From the IMG/VR virus record IMGVR_UViG_3300021089_000001: DNA of 64,000 nt, one strand, 5' to 3'. The notes under the pieces were generated by a model. It ran no database searches. It worked only from the letters and a program-made list of their open reading frames with translations, and was not told where the DNA came from. Each line of letters opens with the position of its first letter. Position 1 is the first letter of the stretch. The DNA is from an uncultured virus (IMG/VR IMGVR_UViG_3300021089_000001) (lineage: Duplodnaviria; Heunggongvirae; Uroviricota; Caudoviricetes). Both the position numbers and the translations under genes were made by a program. Shown here one piece after another: positions 19,972 to 31,100 of the stretch.

Positions 19972-22560
19972 ATGGCTAAAGAAACGATAAATGATGGTAT
20001 TATACCTAATGATGGTCAAGGAGACAATCTTAGGTTAGGTGCCCAAAAAATAAATTCGAATTTTGATGAATTATATAATGCATTAGGAAATGGAGATACT
20101 TTATCTACTATTTCTTCTAATACAGTTACGGCAACAGGAGGTAATAAAATTACTTTCTTCTTTGCAACTGAAGGAGATTTACCTAACGCAACAACGTATG
20201 ACGGAATGTTCGCCCACGTACATGACGACAATACGAATAGAGTTGCTCACTCAGGTACTTGGGTTAAATTACTCCAAGAAACTTCTTCTATCGATATGTT
20301 ATCAGATGTTGAGACTTCTAGTCCAGCACCAGGTGATGGTCAAGCGTTAGTATGGAATAATGCAAATAGTAGATGGCAGGCAGGAAGTATTGATGCAGGC
20401 GCATCAACTTTTGTGTCATTAACTGACACTCCAGCAAACTTTAGTGGAGCTAGTAGCAAATTTGTATCAATTAATTCTGGTGCAACTGCTATAGAATTTA
20501 CTTCTCCTAGCATTAATAAAATGTCAGATGTAGATGTAACTACTACGCCCCCAACAGCTGGACAAGTTTTAAAATGGAATGGTACAAATTGGATTCCAGG
20601 TGTTGATGCAACATCAGGAGGAGCAGGATCAGATGCAGATACTTTAGATGGTTTAGATAGTACATATTTTTTAAATTATAATAATATTACTAACAAAGGA
20701 CAAAATTTTAGTAAATCTTTTAGCGTATCAGCGGCAACGTATACACCTACAACTGGTGTAATGGAATTAACTATTGGTGCACATAATTTAATAATAGGTA
20801 ACAAAATTAAGATTTCCCCAAATAGTTTAGGTTTTTCTTGTTCTTTTGATAATAATGTAGCAACTTCAACTTATCCTAGAGCATCAGGATCAGCGGCGCC
20901 GGGTGGAGCAGATTATTTTTACAATAAACCAATAGAAATTACAGCCGTTTCGGCAACAACAATTACAATGAATGTTGGAACTGGAAATGTTAAATCTTAT
21001 AATGTATCAAATGCAGTATATACACCAGCAACAGGTAATATGGTATTAACAATTGGAACACATACTTTAGTAGCTGGTAATCATATTGATATTGCAACAG
21101 GTGGTTTAACTTTTAGTTGTGCCCTAGACGGACACGCTACTAATACAGCATATCCAAGAGCATCTGGAAGTGCGGCACCTGGTGGTTACGATTACTTTTA
21201 TAACAAACCATGTCAAATTACATCAGTAGGTGCAACAACAATTACAATGAATGTTGGTATATCAAGTAATACAACAACACATACTTTTGTAAGTGCTATT
21301 AATGGTGCTATAACAAATTCAAATTCACATACATTTATAAGTGCTTCTGCTGATTGTGTAACATTTTCACAAACTTTTGTAGACTTATCAGACACTCCTT
21401 CAGATTATACAGGAGCGGCAGATAGATTTGTTAAAGTTAATTCATCAGCTGATGGAATAGTATTTGCTGTTGGTACTTCAGGTGATAGTAATTTATCAGA
21501 ACTTTCTGATGTAACAACAATAGGAGATTATTACAATGTATCAAATGCAGTATACACACCTGCATCAGGAGTAATTGTATTAACTATTGGATTACATAGT
21601 TTACAAGTTGGTCACAATATAAAAATTGCTTCAAACAGTTTAACATTTACTTGTGCAATGGATAGTAATGCAACAGAACATACATATCCAAGAGGAAGTG
21701 GATCAGCTTACGCAGGTGGAAAAGATCCTGCATATACTTCAACATCTGCAATTACGGCAGTAGGTACAGATTCAATTACTGTAAATGTTGGTATATCTAG
21801 TAATACAACAGCACACACTTTTGTAAGAGCTAGTGACAATTGTATATCAGTTACTGAAAAAACTTATAGTACATCAGCGGCAACATACACACCAGCAACT
21901 GGAGTAATGCAATTAACAATAGGAACCCATGCTATTAAGTCTGGACATTCTGTTATGATTGCGGCAAATAGTTTGACGTTTACGTGTGCAATGGATAGTC
22001 ATAATACACAACATACATATCCAAGATCATCTGGCGGAAACGCACCTGATGGAGTAGATTATGTATATAATAAACCAGTTTTAGTTACATCAACAACATC
22101 AACGACAATTACAATGAATGTTGGTGTATCTAGTAATACAACAGCACATACTTTTATAAGTGCTAATGCAAATAATGTAAAAGTTGCACCAACACATGGT
22201 GATTCATTATATTTCAATGGAGTATCTTGGGTAAAACAAAACGGACCAATATCAAGATATGAAATTACAAATGATGGAAACAACAATTATGTTTGGGAAG
22301 GACCTGGTTTTACAACTGGAACTAATGATCCAGTAATGTATATGAACAGAGGTCATACATACGTCTTGAATAATAATTCGGGCGGCAGTCATTCATTTGA
22401 AATAAGAGTTAGTAATGGTGGTTCAGCATATACTAGTGGAGTAACAGGTGATAAAACAAATACGCAAGTATTTAGAGTACCAATGGATGCACCTAGTACA
22501 TTGTATTATCAATGTACAACTCATACAGCAATGGGTAACACAATTAACATAGTGAGCTAA
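19972..22560 (+). CDS. Tail fibre protein: gp9/gp10-like N-terminus, four inserted ~100-aa domains, C-terminal cupredoxin-like domain
   Basis: N-terminus INDG..PNDGQGDNLR.G.KINSNFDELY; LSDV..GQ.L.W repeats; ends TLYYQCTTHTAMG. Confidence 0.78.
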   Translation: MAKETINDGIIPNDGQGDNLRLGAQKINSNFDELYNALGNGDTLSTISSNTVTATGGNKITFFFATEGDLPNATTYDGMFAHVHDDNTNRVAHSGTWVKLLQETSSIDMLSDVETSSPAPGDGQALVWNNANSRWQAGSIDAGASTFVSLTDTPANFSGASSKFVSINSGATAIEFTSPSINKMSDVDVTTTPPTAGQVLKWNGTNWIPGVDATSGGAGSDADTLDGLDSTYFLNYNNITNKGQNFSKSFSVSAATYTPTTGVMELTIGAHNLIIGNKIKISPNSLGFSCSFDNNVATSTYPRASGSAAPGGADYFYNKPIEITAVSATTITMNVGTGNVKSYNVSNAVYTPATGNMVLTIGTHTLVAGNHIDIATGGLTFSCALDGHATNTAYPRASGSAAPGGYDYFYNKPCQITSVGATTITMNVGISSNTTTHTFVSAINGAITNSNSHTFISASADCVTFSQTFVDLSDTPSDYTGAADRFVKVNSSADGIVFAVGTSGDSNLSELSDVTTIGDYYNVSNAVYTPASGVIVLTIGLHSLQVGHNIKIASNSLTFTCAMDSNATEHTYPRGSGSAYAGGKDPAYTSTSAITAVGTDSITVNVGISSNTTAHTFVRASDNCISVTEKTYSTSAATYTPATGVMQLTIGTHAIKSGHSVMIAANSLTFTCAMDSHNTQHTYPRSSGGNAPDGVDYVYNKPVLVTSTTSTTITMNVGVSSNTTAHTFISANANNVKVAPTHGDSLYFNGVSWVKQNGPISRYEITNDGNNNYVWEGPGFTTGTNDPVMYMNRGHTYVLNNNSGGSHSFEIRVSNGGSAYTSGVTGDKTNTQVFRVPMDAPSTLYYQCTTHTAMGNTINIVS
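20719..22179 (+). repeat. Four copies of a ~100-aa mobile domain (AxYTPxTG...FTC.MD...YPR...NVG..HTF)
   Basis: Copies at ~20719-21360 (containing nested copy ~20995-21312), ~21529-21846 and ~21865-22179; further copies at ~31186-31476, ~45436-45750 and ~46129-46443. Confidence 0.9.
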
Positions 22561-22566
22561 TAATTT

Positions 22567-22923
22567 ATGGCACAAAACGAACTTGGAATAGGTATAGAAG
22601 AATTAACAAATACACTTGGAGACTCTAGGTATTTTTATGGACTTAGAAGAACTAATACAGGTGAAGTATATCTTTCTAAAGTAGATTTATTAGAACTAAA
22701 TGATGGTGTACAAATTAATAGACCCGGTGCTACACCAGGAAATTATAAAGACTTTACAAGAGGTGAAGACTTTTATGATGGTAGAGACTCCCAACATAAA
22801 AAAACTTATGAAAATTTAGTATACGAACAATATAAATGGGACGGTAGAAATATTAATTATTATATTAACAATGAAGGTGAATTAGTATTAAGAGTTAATG
22901 AACAATATGTATACAATACATAA
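22567..22923 (+). CDS. Virion protein, paralog of 19494
   Basis: RYFYGLRRT, DFYDGR, YENLVYEQYKWD, GELVLRVN. Confidence 0.7.
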   Translation: MAQNELGIGIEELTNTLGDSRYFYGLRRTNTGEVYLSKVDLLELNDGVQINRPGATPGNYKDFTRGEDFYDGRDSQHKKTYENLVYEQYKWDGRNINYYINNEGELVLRVNEQYVYNT

Positions 22924-22947
22924 AATAAATACTAGTAATTAGGACTT

Positions 22948-25900
22948 ATGGCAGATTTTAAAATAGATAGAATACGTTTTAAATGGAAAGGTGACTGGCT
23001 AGCTGGCACTCAGTACGTTAAAGATGATATCGTAAGATATGGTGCAAAAGTTTATACTTGCGTGGAAGTCCACTTCGCTGACTCCAATTTTTATAATGAC
23101 TTAGATAACGCTACACCAAGATGGTCTCAAATGATGGACGGTCAGTCTTGGACTGGAAACTGGCAACCTAATAAATTTTATAAAATAGGTGAAATAGCAA
23201 AAGTTGGTGCAACACTTTATAAAGTTACTCAAGGTCACTTATCAAATGCAGATGCAAATAATGGAATATTAGGTGATGAATCTAAATGGGAATACTTTGC
23301 AAGAGGTGAAAAATGGACATCTATTTGGCAACCTAGTACACTTTATAGTGTAGGTGAAACAGTTGTTTATGGTGGATCAGTTTGGAGATGCGTTTCAGCA
23401 CACACATCATCTACAGCGGTAGCTGGATTAGAATCTCATCAAGCTAATTGGATACAATATCATAGATCAGACAATTACAGAGGCTATTGGACACCTAACA
23501 CAAGATATTATCCAGATGATATTGCAAGATATGGTGGTACAGTTTATAGAGCTTTATCTGGACATACTTCTGCTCCACATGATAGTTGGACAGGATTTAC
23601 ATCAGCAGATTATTCTACAAATTCTGCCAATGGTGCAGGTGCAATTTTAAATATTTTCAAAGTTGATTCAACTTTTTATGCAAAATTTACAAATACAGGA
23701 ACAAACTTTTCTGCTACAAATACTATTACTTTAGTAGGTAGTAAAGTTGGCGGTAATGATGGTGCAAATGATCTAGTAATAACAATTAGTACCGTAGATG
23801 GTAGCGGAGCAATTTCTACTTTTACTGTAAATGGTACAGCGGTTGCTGGAACTAATGGTTTAGAAGCCGATCAAGCTAAATGGCAAACAGTAATTGAAGG
23901 TATAGATTATATAGGCCATTGGGCAGAAGGAACAAAATATAATAAAGGTTCATTAGTATCTTGGAGTCCGGGAATTTGGAAAGTAACAACTGATCACTGG
24001 TCAACAACTCCACACATGAATGAAACTAATTTTTCATTGTGGGTACCAGGTGCAGAATATGAAGGTTCTTGGGATTCTAATACATATTATCAAAAAGGTG
24101 ATGTTGTACAATTTGGTGGATACAGTTATTCTGCTTTATTAAGCAATACAAATATTCAACCAGGTGTAACAGATAGTACAAATACTTGGGAATTATTAGC
24201 CGCAGGTTATAACCATCGTGGTGAATGGGATAGTACAGCTTCATATAAAACTGGAGATATAGTTAGAGCAGGTGGTAATTTATTCATAGCAGTACAAGTT
24301 AACACAAATCAAGATCCAATTACAACTTTTGTTTATGATCCAGGTAGTGATGCTCCTGATCCTTGGCAATTATTAGTAACAGGTAAAGCATTTAAAGGTC
24401 CTTGGAAAGAAAGTGATACTAATGGAGCAATTACTTACTATGTAGGTGATGTAGTTACAGAAAAAGCAGACTTATATGCTTGTATAGAAACTCATGTTGC
24501 AACTTCTTCAGATGCTAAACCAACTTTAGACGAAGAAAGTGACGAGGTTGGACCACTTTGGATTAGATTGGCACAAGGTGCTACAGGTAACATATTAGAA
24601 ATAGATGGAGATTTAAAATCTCATTCTGGATCTGACGCAACAAGAATTGCAATAGGAACTTTTGGACAATTATTCAAAGTTAATGACGCTAATGATTATG
24701 GAATATGGGGAGATCATGATGTAGTTGCTAAAGTATTTTATGTTTCACCTTATGGAACAGATACACTAACAAGTGGTAAAAGTGTTGCAGGTCCATTTAG
24801 AACAATCAAATATGCTTGTGATTTTGTTCAACAAGATTTGGCAAATAGAACACCAGCTACTATAATTGTTAAAACAGGTGTTTATGAAGAAATTTTACCT
24901 ATAACAGTTCCAGCAAAAGTTCATATTTGGGGAGACTTTACAAGACGTGGTGCAAACGTTAGACCTAAAACAGGTTACGAAGGAACAGATATGTGGCGTT
25001 TACGTGATGCAACAGGACTTGCAAATATAACAATGCAAGGTTTAACTGGTTCTTTAGGTTCTGAAAATCAATATGGAACAAAAAGACCAACAGGTGGAGC
25101 ATATGTTTCTTTAGATCCAGGAAGTGGACCAGGTGATGGAACAGTTTGGATTACTTCTAAATCTCCTTATATTAAAAATTGTTCAATATTTGGGACAGGT
25201 TGTACAGGATTAAAAGTAGATGGTGACTTACATAATGGCGGATATAAATCTTTTGTTGCAAATGATTGTACACACTTTATTGAAAATGGTGTTGCGGCTT
25301 GGGTTAATGGAGATGCTAGAGTAGAATTTGTTTCAGTATTTGCTTATTGGGCCCATATAGGATATCTAGCAACAGCTGGTGGAAAATTTAGAGCAACAAA
25401 TGGTAACTGTTCATATGGAGATTTTGGTGCAGTTGCAGAAGGACTTTTAGCAAGTGAAAGTCCTTTAACAGGAAAAGTTAATAACCAATCACAAGAAGCA
25501 CACATAGACAAAGTATATAATGATGAAAATGAAATTTTTGCTTTTGCTTTTGATCACGCTGGACAAAATTATACTTCAGCAAGTATAACAATTTCAGGAT
25601 CAGGTGAAGGTGCGGCAGGAGCCATACGTTGGCCACAAATAAGAAATGGTGCAGTAAACAAAATTAGAGTTACAGGTAATAATGATTCTACAACACCAGG
25701 TGGTACAAATTATACCGAAGTATTAGGAAATGCTCAAATTGGTACAAGTAAAGAAATTACGTTAGCACCTCAATATGCCGGAACAACAAATAATACTGTT
25801 GGACAAAGAATTTATATTTGGGAAGGTGCAGGTAGAGGACAATACGGATATATTTCTGGTTACAATTCTACAACAAAAGTTGCAACTGTTAAAAAAGAAT

Positions 25901-28101
25901 TTGACGATACAGATGGTTGGCAACACTTCATGGGTGGTTACCCAATTGAAAGAATATTAGATGCATCTACAAAATATTCAATAGAACCTAGAATTACTAT
26001 TTCTCCTACAGCTGGAAGTAGAAGTAATGTTAGCTATGGTTCAACAGGAGAAATGCTATTAGGTGCTTCAGGAAAAATTGGAGCATCGGATATTACAACT
26101 GTAATAGGAAATGGTGTAGGTAATAGAACTACTGATGGTACAAGTTGGCTTGCCGCAGGTGGTATTCCTTCTAAAGATTGGAATAGTATTACTAAAACAA
26201 ATAATTATTTTATAGCAACCGCGGCTGATGGAACAGTAATTAGATCAGCTGATGGACAAAACTGGACAGATATTAGTGCAAATATTCCTTCAGATGTATT
26301 AAGAGCATCTGCTTGGGACGTCACTGAAGAAATTTTAATTATAGCATCTGAAACAGGAATGATATACAGATCAACAGATGAAGGTGCTACATTTAATTCA
26401 ATTCAAGTTGAACTTTATGATGGTTCAACTCAAGTGTTTACACAACTTGCTTGTGGTAATGGATTATTCATAGCCGCAAATGCATCAGGACAAACTTGGG
26501 AAAGTATGGGTGGTGGAACAACTTGGACTAAAGCCTCTAATATGGGTGACTTTTTAATGGATACTAATTCTGGTTTACAAACAGTTCATAGATATAATTT
26601 GAAAAAATTAATGTTTGGTGGTGGTAAATTTATCGCATCAGTACAAGATGCACCTGGTGATGAAAGTACAGTTGCTAATAAATTTTTAATATCAAATGCT
26701 AACGCGGCACAATCACAAACGTCATCTTCTTATAGTTGGTCAGAAAGTGATACGCCTCCACACGCAGGACCATATAATGATGTTGCATATTCTCAAGGAG
26801 TTTATGTTGCAATAACTGATGGTGGTGACCATGCATATAGTTTTGATGCATTTTCTTGGAAACAATTAGATTCAGCATTGGCAGGATCTTATAATGGTAT
26901 AGTAGCTGGAAGAAATTCTACAGGCGGATACTTTATTCCATTACGAACTGGTTCTCAGTCTGGTGCAGAAAAAATTCTAAAAGGTGCTACACCTTTAGCT
27001 AAAGTAGTTACAAATTCTTCAGCAATTAATAATATACAAATTTTAGATCCAGGTAGTGGATATTCTTCAGAACCTACAGTTACTATTACTGATAATTTAA
27101 ACACTGCTGACGCAACATTTAAATCATTTGTACATAATGGAGTACTTTCTCAACCAGAATTTACAAACAGAGGTACAGGATTTATAAATGTAACTGCAAC
27201 TTTAAGTGGTGATGGTTTTGCAGATGAATATCAAACTGGAAGTTATTTAGAAGTTAAAGAAATGACAGGCAAACCAGGACCAGGAGCAATTTTATATATA
27301 GATGGAATTGATGACCAAGTTTATAGAATTACTCAGATTAATAAAATAACAGGAAGTTCTCCAAACATTGCCGCTCAGTTTAGAGTAACACCTAAAATAA
27401 AAGCAAATGAATCACCTGCTAATGATATAGCTATAACAATAAGAGAAAAATATTCTCAAGTTAGATTAACAGGTCATGATTTCTTAGATGTTGGAACTGG
27501 TAATAAATCTACAACTAATTATCCAGGTTTATACACTAGTGGTTATACACCAGGTTATGAACTTAAACAACGAAATGAAACAGTATCAAATGGAGGTGGA
27601 AGAGTATTTTATACTTCTACTGACCAAGATGGAAATTACAGAGTTGGAGAATTATTTGAAGTAGAACAGGCAACTGGAATAGTAACTCTAAATGCTGATT
27701 TATTTGACTTATCAGGTTTAACTGAATTAAGTTTGGGTGGAATTGTAATAGGTGGAACTGAAGTTAGAATTGAAGAATTTAGTACTGATGGAACAATGGC
27801 GGCTAATAGTGATAGTGTTATTCCAACACAAAGAGCTATTTCTTTATACATAGGTTCTAAAGTTTCTGGCGGTGGAGCAAATCTTTCAACAAATGAAGTA
27901 AGAGCAGGACAAATTAAATTAAGAAATACAGAAATATTTAATGAAGCATATCCTACAAATGGAAAAGTTGTATTTTCTGGAGCGGTTTCTATAGCGTCTG
28001 TAAGTGGTAGTATCGTAGCAACTTCGTACTTTTTAGGGGCAGGACCGGCTGAATTTTTAAATGAAGGTGGACCTGAAAGAGACGCATTATATGGTGAATA
28101 A
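22948..28101 (+). CDS. Giant tail protein with CBM5/12-like W-rich repeats, beta-helix and BNR/Asp-box propeller
   Basis: Repeated W...Y..DIVxYGG..Y; SADGQNW, STDEGATF and SMGGGTTW Asp-boxes; paralog of 28150. Confidence 0.75.
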   Translation: MADFKIDRIRFKWKGDWLAGTQYVKDDIVRYGAKVYTCVEVHFADSNFYNDLDNATPRWSQMMDGQSWTGNWQPNKFYKIGEIAKVGATLYKVTQGHLSNADANNGILGDESKWEYFARGEKWTSIWQPSTLYSVGETVVYGGSVWRCVSAHTSSTAVAGLESHQANWIQYHRSDNYRGYWTPNTRYYPDDIARYGGTVYRALSGHTSAPHDSWTGFTSADYSTNSANGAGAILNIFKVDSTFYAKFTNTGTNFSATNTITLVGSKVGGNDGANDLVITISTVDGSGAISTFTVNGTAVAGTNGLEADQAKWQTVIEGIDYIGHWAEGTKYNKGSLVSWSPGIWKVTTDHWSTTPHMNETNFSLWVPGAEYEGSWDSNTYYQKGDVVQFGGYSYSALLSNTNIQPGVTDSTNTWELLAAGYNHRGEWDSTASYKTGDIVRAGGNLFIAVQVNTNQDPITTFVYDPGSDAPDPWQLLVTGKAFKGPWKESDTNGAITYYVGDVVTEKADLYACIETHVATSSDAKPTLDEESDEVGPLWIRLAQGATGNILEIDGDLKSHSGSDATRIAIGTFGQLFKVNDANDYGIWGDHDVVAKVFYVSPYGTDTLTSGKSVAGPFRTIKYACDFVQQDLANRTPATIIVKTGVYEEILPITVPAKVHIWGDFTRRGANVRPKTGYEGTDMWRLRDATGLANITMQGLTGSLGSENQYGTKRPTGGAYVSLDPGSGPGDGTVWITSKSPYIKNCSIFGTGCTGLKVDGDLHNGGYKSFVANDCTHFIENGVAAWVNGDARVEFVSVFAYWAHIGYLATAGGKFRATNGNCSYGDFGAVAEGLLASESPLTGKVNNQSQEAHIDKVYNDENEIFAFAFDHAGQNYTSASITISGSGEGAAGAIRWPQIRNGAVNKIRVTGNNDSTTPGGTNYTEVLGNAQIGTSKEITLAPQYAGTTNNTVGQRIYIWEGAGRGQYGYISGYNSTTKVATVKKEFDDTDGWQHFMGGYPIERILDASTKYSIEPRITISPTAGSRSNVSYGSTGEMLLGASGKIGASDITTVIGNGVGNRTTDGTSWLAAGGIPSKDWNSITKTNNYFIATAADGTVIRSADGQNWTDISANIPSDVLRASAWDVTEEILIIASETGMIYRSTDEGATFNSIQVELYDGSTQVFTQLACGNGLFIAANASGQTWESMGGGTTWTKASNMGDFLMDTNSGLQTVHRYNLKKLMFGGGKFIASVQDAPGDESTVANKFLISNANAAQSQTSSSYSWSESDTPPHAGPYNDVAYSQGVYVAITDGGDHAYSFDAFSWKQLDSALAGSYNGIVAGRNSTGGYFIPLRTGSQSGAEKILKGATPLAKVVTNSSAINNIQILDPGSGYSSEPTVTITDNLNTADATFKSFVHNGVLSQPEFTNRGTGFINVTATLSGDGFADEYQTGSYLEVKEMTGKPGPGAILYIDGIDDQVYRITQINKITGSSPNIAAQFRVTPKIKANESPANDIAITIREKYSQVRLTGHDFLDVGTGNKSTTNYPGLYTSGYTPGYELKQRNETVSNGGGRVFYTSTDQDGNYRVGELFEVEQATGIVTLNADLFDLSGLTELSLGGIVIGGTEVRIEEFSTDGTMAANSDSVIPTQRAISLYIGSKVSGGGANLSTNEVRAGQIKLRNTEIFNEAYPTNGKVVFSGAVSIASVSGSIVATSYFLGAGPAEFLNEGGPERDALYGE

Positions 28102-28149
28102 GGATTTAATAGTAATGATAAATAAAAGATATAAAAGGATTTAACAAAA

Positions 28150-31100
28150 ATGGCTGAGTTTAAACTAGGTAGAATTAAGTTTGTTTGGAAAGGTTCCTGG
28201 GCAACTACTACAACTTATTATGTTGATGACGTAATAAGATATGGTGGTAGAACTTACAATTGCGTAACTAATCACACATCTGGTACATTTCAAACTGATT
28301 TAGGTGCTGTAAAATGGCAACTAATGTCAGATGGTATAGAGTGGAAAAGTGAGTGGGTTGCAAATACAACTTATAAACCAAATGATGTAGTAAAATACGG
28401 TGGTTACATTTATCTTGCTAACACTGGACATACCTCAGCGGCAACAGAAGCTTTAGGATTAGAAGCTGATCAATCTAAATGGGATTTATTCATAGAAGGT
28501 TTTGATTGGAAATCTGATTGGACAATTTCTACAAGATATAAGAAAAACGATTTAGTAAAATATGGTGGTTCAGTTTATCTTTGTATAACAGAACACACAT
28601 CAGATAACACAACAGCAGTTGGTCTAGAAGGTCAACAAGCTAAATGGGAAATTTTTGGAAAAGGTTTTGTTTGGTCAGGCGACTGGGCAATCAATTCTAG
28701 ATATAAAGTTAATGACACCGTTAGATATGGTGGACAAATTTACGTTGCTATAACTGGACATACTTCAGCGGCAACTGAAGCAGATGGTTTAGAAGCCAAC
28801 CAAGGACAATGGCAAGCCTTACACAAAGGAATTGAATTCAAAGGTGACCATGCAACAGCAACAAGATATAAAGTAAATGATGTTGTAAAATATGGTGCAA
28901 ACATTTGGATTTGTATAACACAACATACATCATCAGGAATTTTATCAGCCGACGAAGCAAAATGGAATGTTTTAATTCCAGGTATTGAATTTGAAGATAC
29001 TTGGAGCAACTCTACAAATTATCAACCAGGTGACTTTGTTACTTACGGTGGATATAGTTATGTTGCAGATAGAAATAATATTAATAAACTTCCACCTGAT
29101 GAATCAGACGACTGGACTTTATTCGTAACAGGATTTAATTTAAGAGGTGACTATAATGGCGCAACTGCATACAAACAAGGTGACGTTGTTAGAGTTGGCG
29201 GTTTCACTTACCTTGCAATTGCAGATACTACAGGTAATAGACCACCTAATGTAACTAAATGGGACAAACTTAACGAAGGTTTATATTGGAAAGGTGCTTG
29301 GACAAATGCAACTGACTATGACAAAGGAGATATAGTAAGAGGTACAACAAACACTACTACAAGTTATCTTTGTATAACAGAAAACACATCAAATAATGTT
29401 GGTCCATCAACAATTAATCAACCAGACTATCCACCAGGAGCAGGTGTTGATACTAGTGCATGGCAATTATTGTCAGGTGGAGCAGAAACTACTGTATTAT
29501 CTACAAAAGGTGACATTTTAATTTATGGTCAATCAGGTCCAGCAAGATTACCAATTGGTAAAGCAGGACAAACTTTAGTTGTAAACTCAGCAGGTGACTT
29601 ACCTGAATGGGGATACTTTGGTTCAATCGATCAAGTTTATTATGTAGGACCTGCTGGACAAGACAAACCTTCTCCAGATGCAGGAACAACTCTTGATAAA
29701 CCTTGGAAATCTTTAAGATATGCTTTACATGGCATTGAACAAGGACCAAGAAATCCTCAAGGAACTTATTTGTTAGAAAGAAACAAAGCATTCATTCAAG
29801 AAGAAACTTTAGCTTGGATTAATGCACAAATTTCAGGAAATACTTCACCATTTACAAATGCTTACACATACGACGCTGTTAAATGTAGAAGAGATGCAGG
29901 ATTTATGTTAGATGCACTTTTATATGATTTAAGACATGGTGGAAATGAAAAATCAAGATATGCAACAATTAAAATTTCAACTCAAACTGAATTTGCAAAT
30001 CATAAAGATGAATTAACAGCTTATCTTAATAGATTAGTTTATATTTCACAACAAGTTGTAGCCAATAATGCAGGCTACTCTGCTTTACAAGCCACAGTTC
30101 CTCATTATATTAATAATGATTATGTATCTGAAGCGGCTGTATCAGGTGAAATTGCAAGTTATGTAAAAATTGCAACAGATTGTCTTGCGGCAGGAAATAT
30201 AGCAGGAGTACCTGCAGAAGAAGTTCCACAAACTACATTGTTTGCTAAAAGCGGAACATATGAAGAAGTATTACCTCTTTCAGTTAAAAAAGGATTAGCA
30301 ATTGTAGGAGATGAATTAAGATCAACAATTGTTAAACCAGCAGGTCAAGTTACAGGTTCAAGCGATACAGTATTCACTTTAGCAGGTATTGGAAGAATGC
30401 AGGCTATTATATCTGATATAGTTACAAATGCTTCTGTAACACCAACACCAGTAGGCGGAGTTATATCTTTTACAACACCAGCACCAGATTTAGGTTTTGT
30501 TAACGGAACTTATACTAACGTTGCATTAACAGGTGGTAGTGGTTCTGGATGTACAATGGATGTAACTGTATTATCATACACAATTACATCTCTTACTATT
30601 AATAATCCAGGACAAAATTATGCAATTAATGATAACTTAACAATTCCAGCGGCAACAATTGGTGCAGATGGTATAACAGTAGTTGGTAGTATTACAACAG
30701 GAAATAATTTAACACAAAATACATCCAACCCAGCAGGTTCAGGTGCGGCAGGAACAGCGGCGGCGGCGATTGCACAAAATATTTACGATCATATAGATTT
30801 CAAAGTTAATGCAAATGGAGCCGATCCAACATTAACAGGTACAAATACTGCTCAAGCAGATGCAGGTTATTCAGATGCAAGATTAAGATTATTAGCAAAT
30901 ATGGATTTTGTTGCATTAGAAGTTGCAGAATTTGTACAAAGAGCAAATCCATCTCATAGTAACTTTAAAACTAAATGTTTGGCAGATGTTAAAATTTATC
31001 TTCAAGCAATTATGGATGACTTACAATATACTGGAAATTACAAATCATTAAAAGCATCAGATGCCTATATTAATTCTAGACTTTCTACTGGTTCAAGTGC

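Noticed and set aside
20719..22179. Mobile domain considered as an intein or intron
   Set aside because: No N-terminal Cys/Ser plus terminal His-Asn splice motifs, no endonuclease domain and no reading-frame break.
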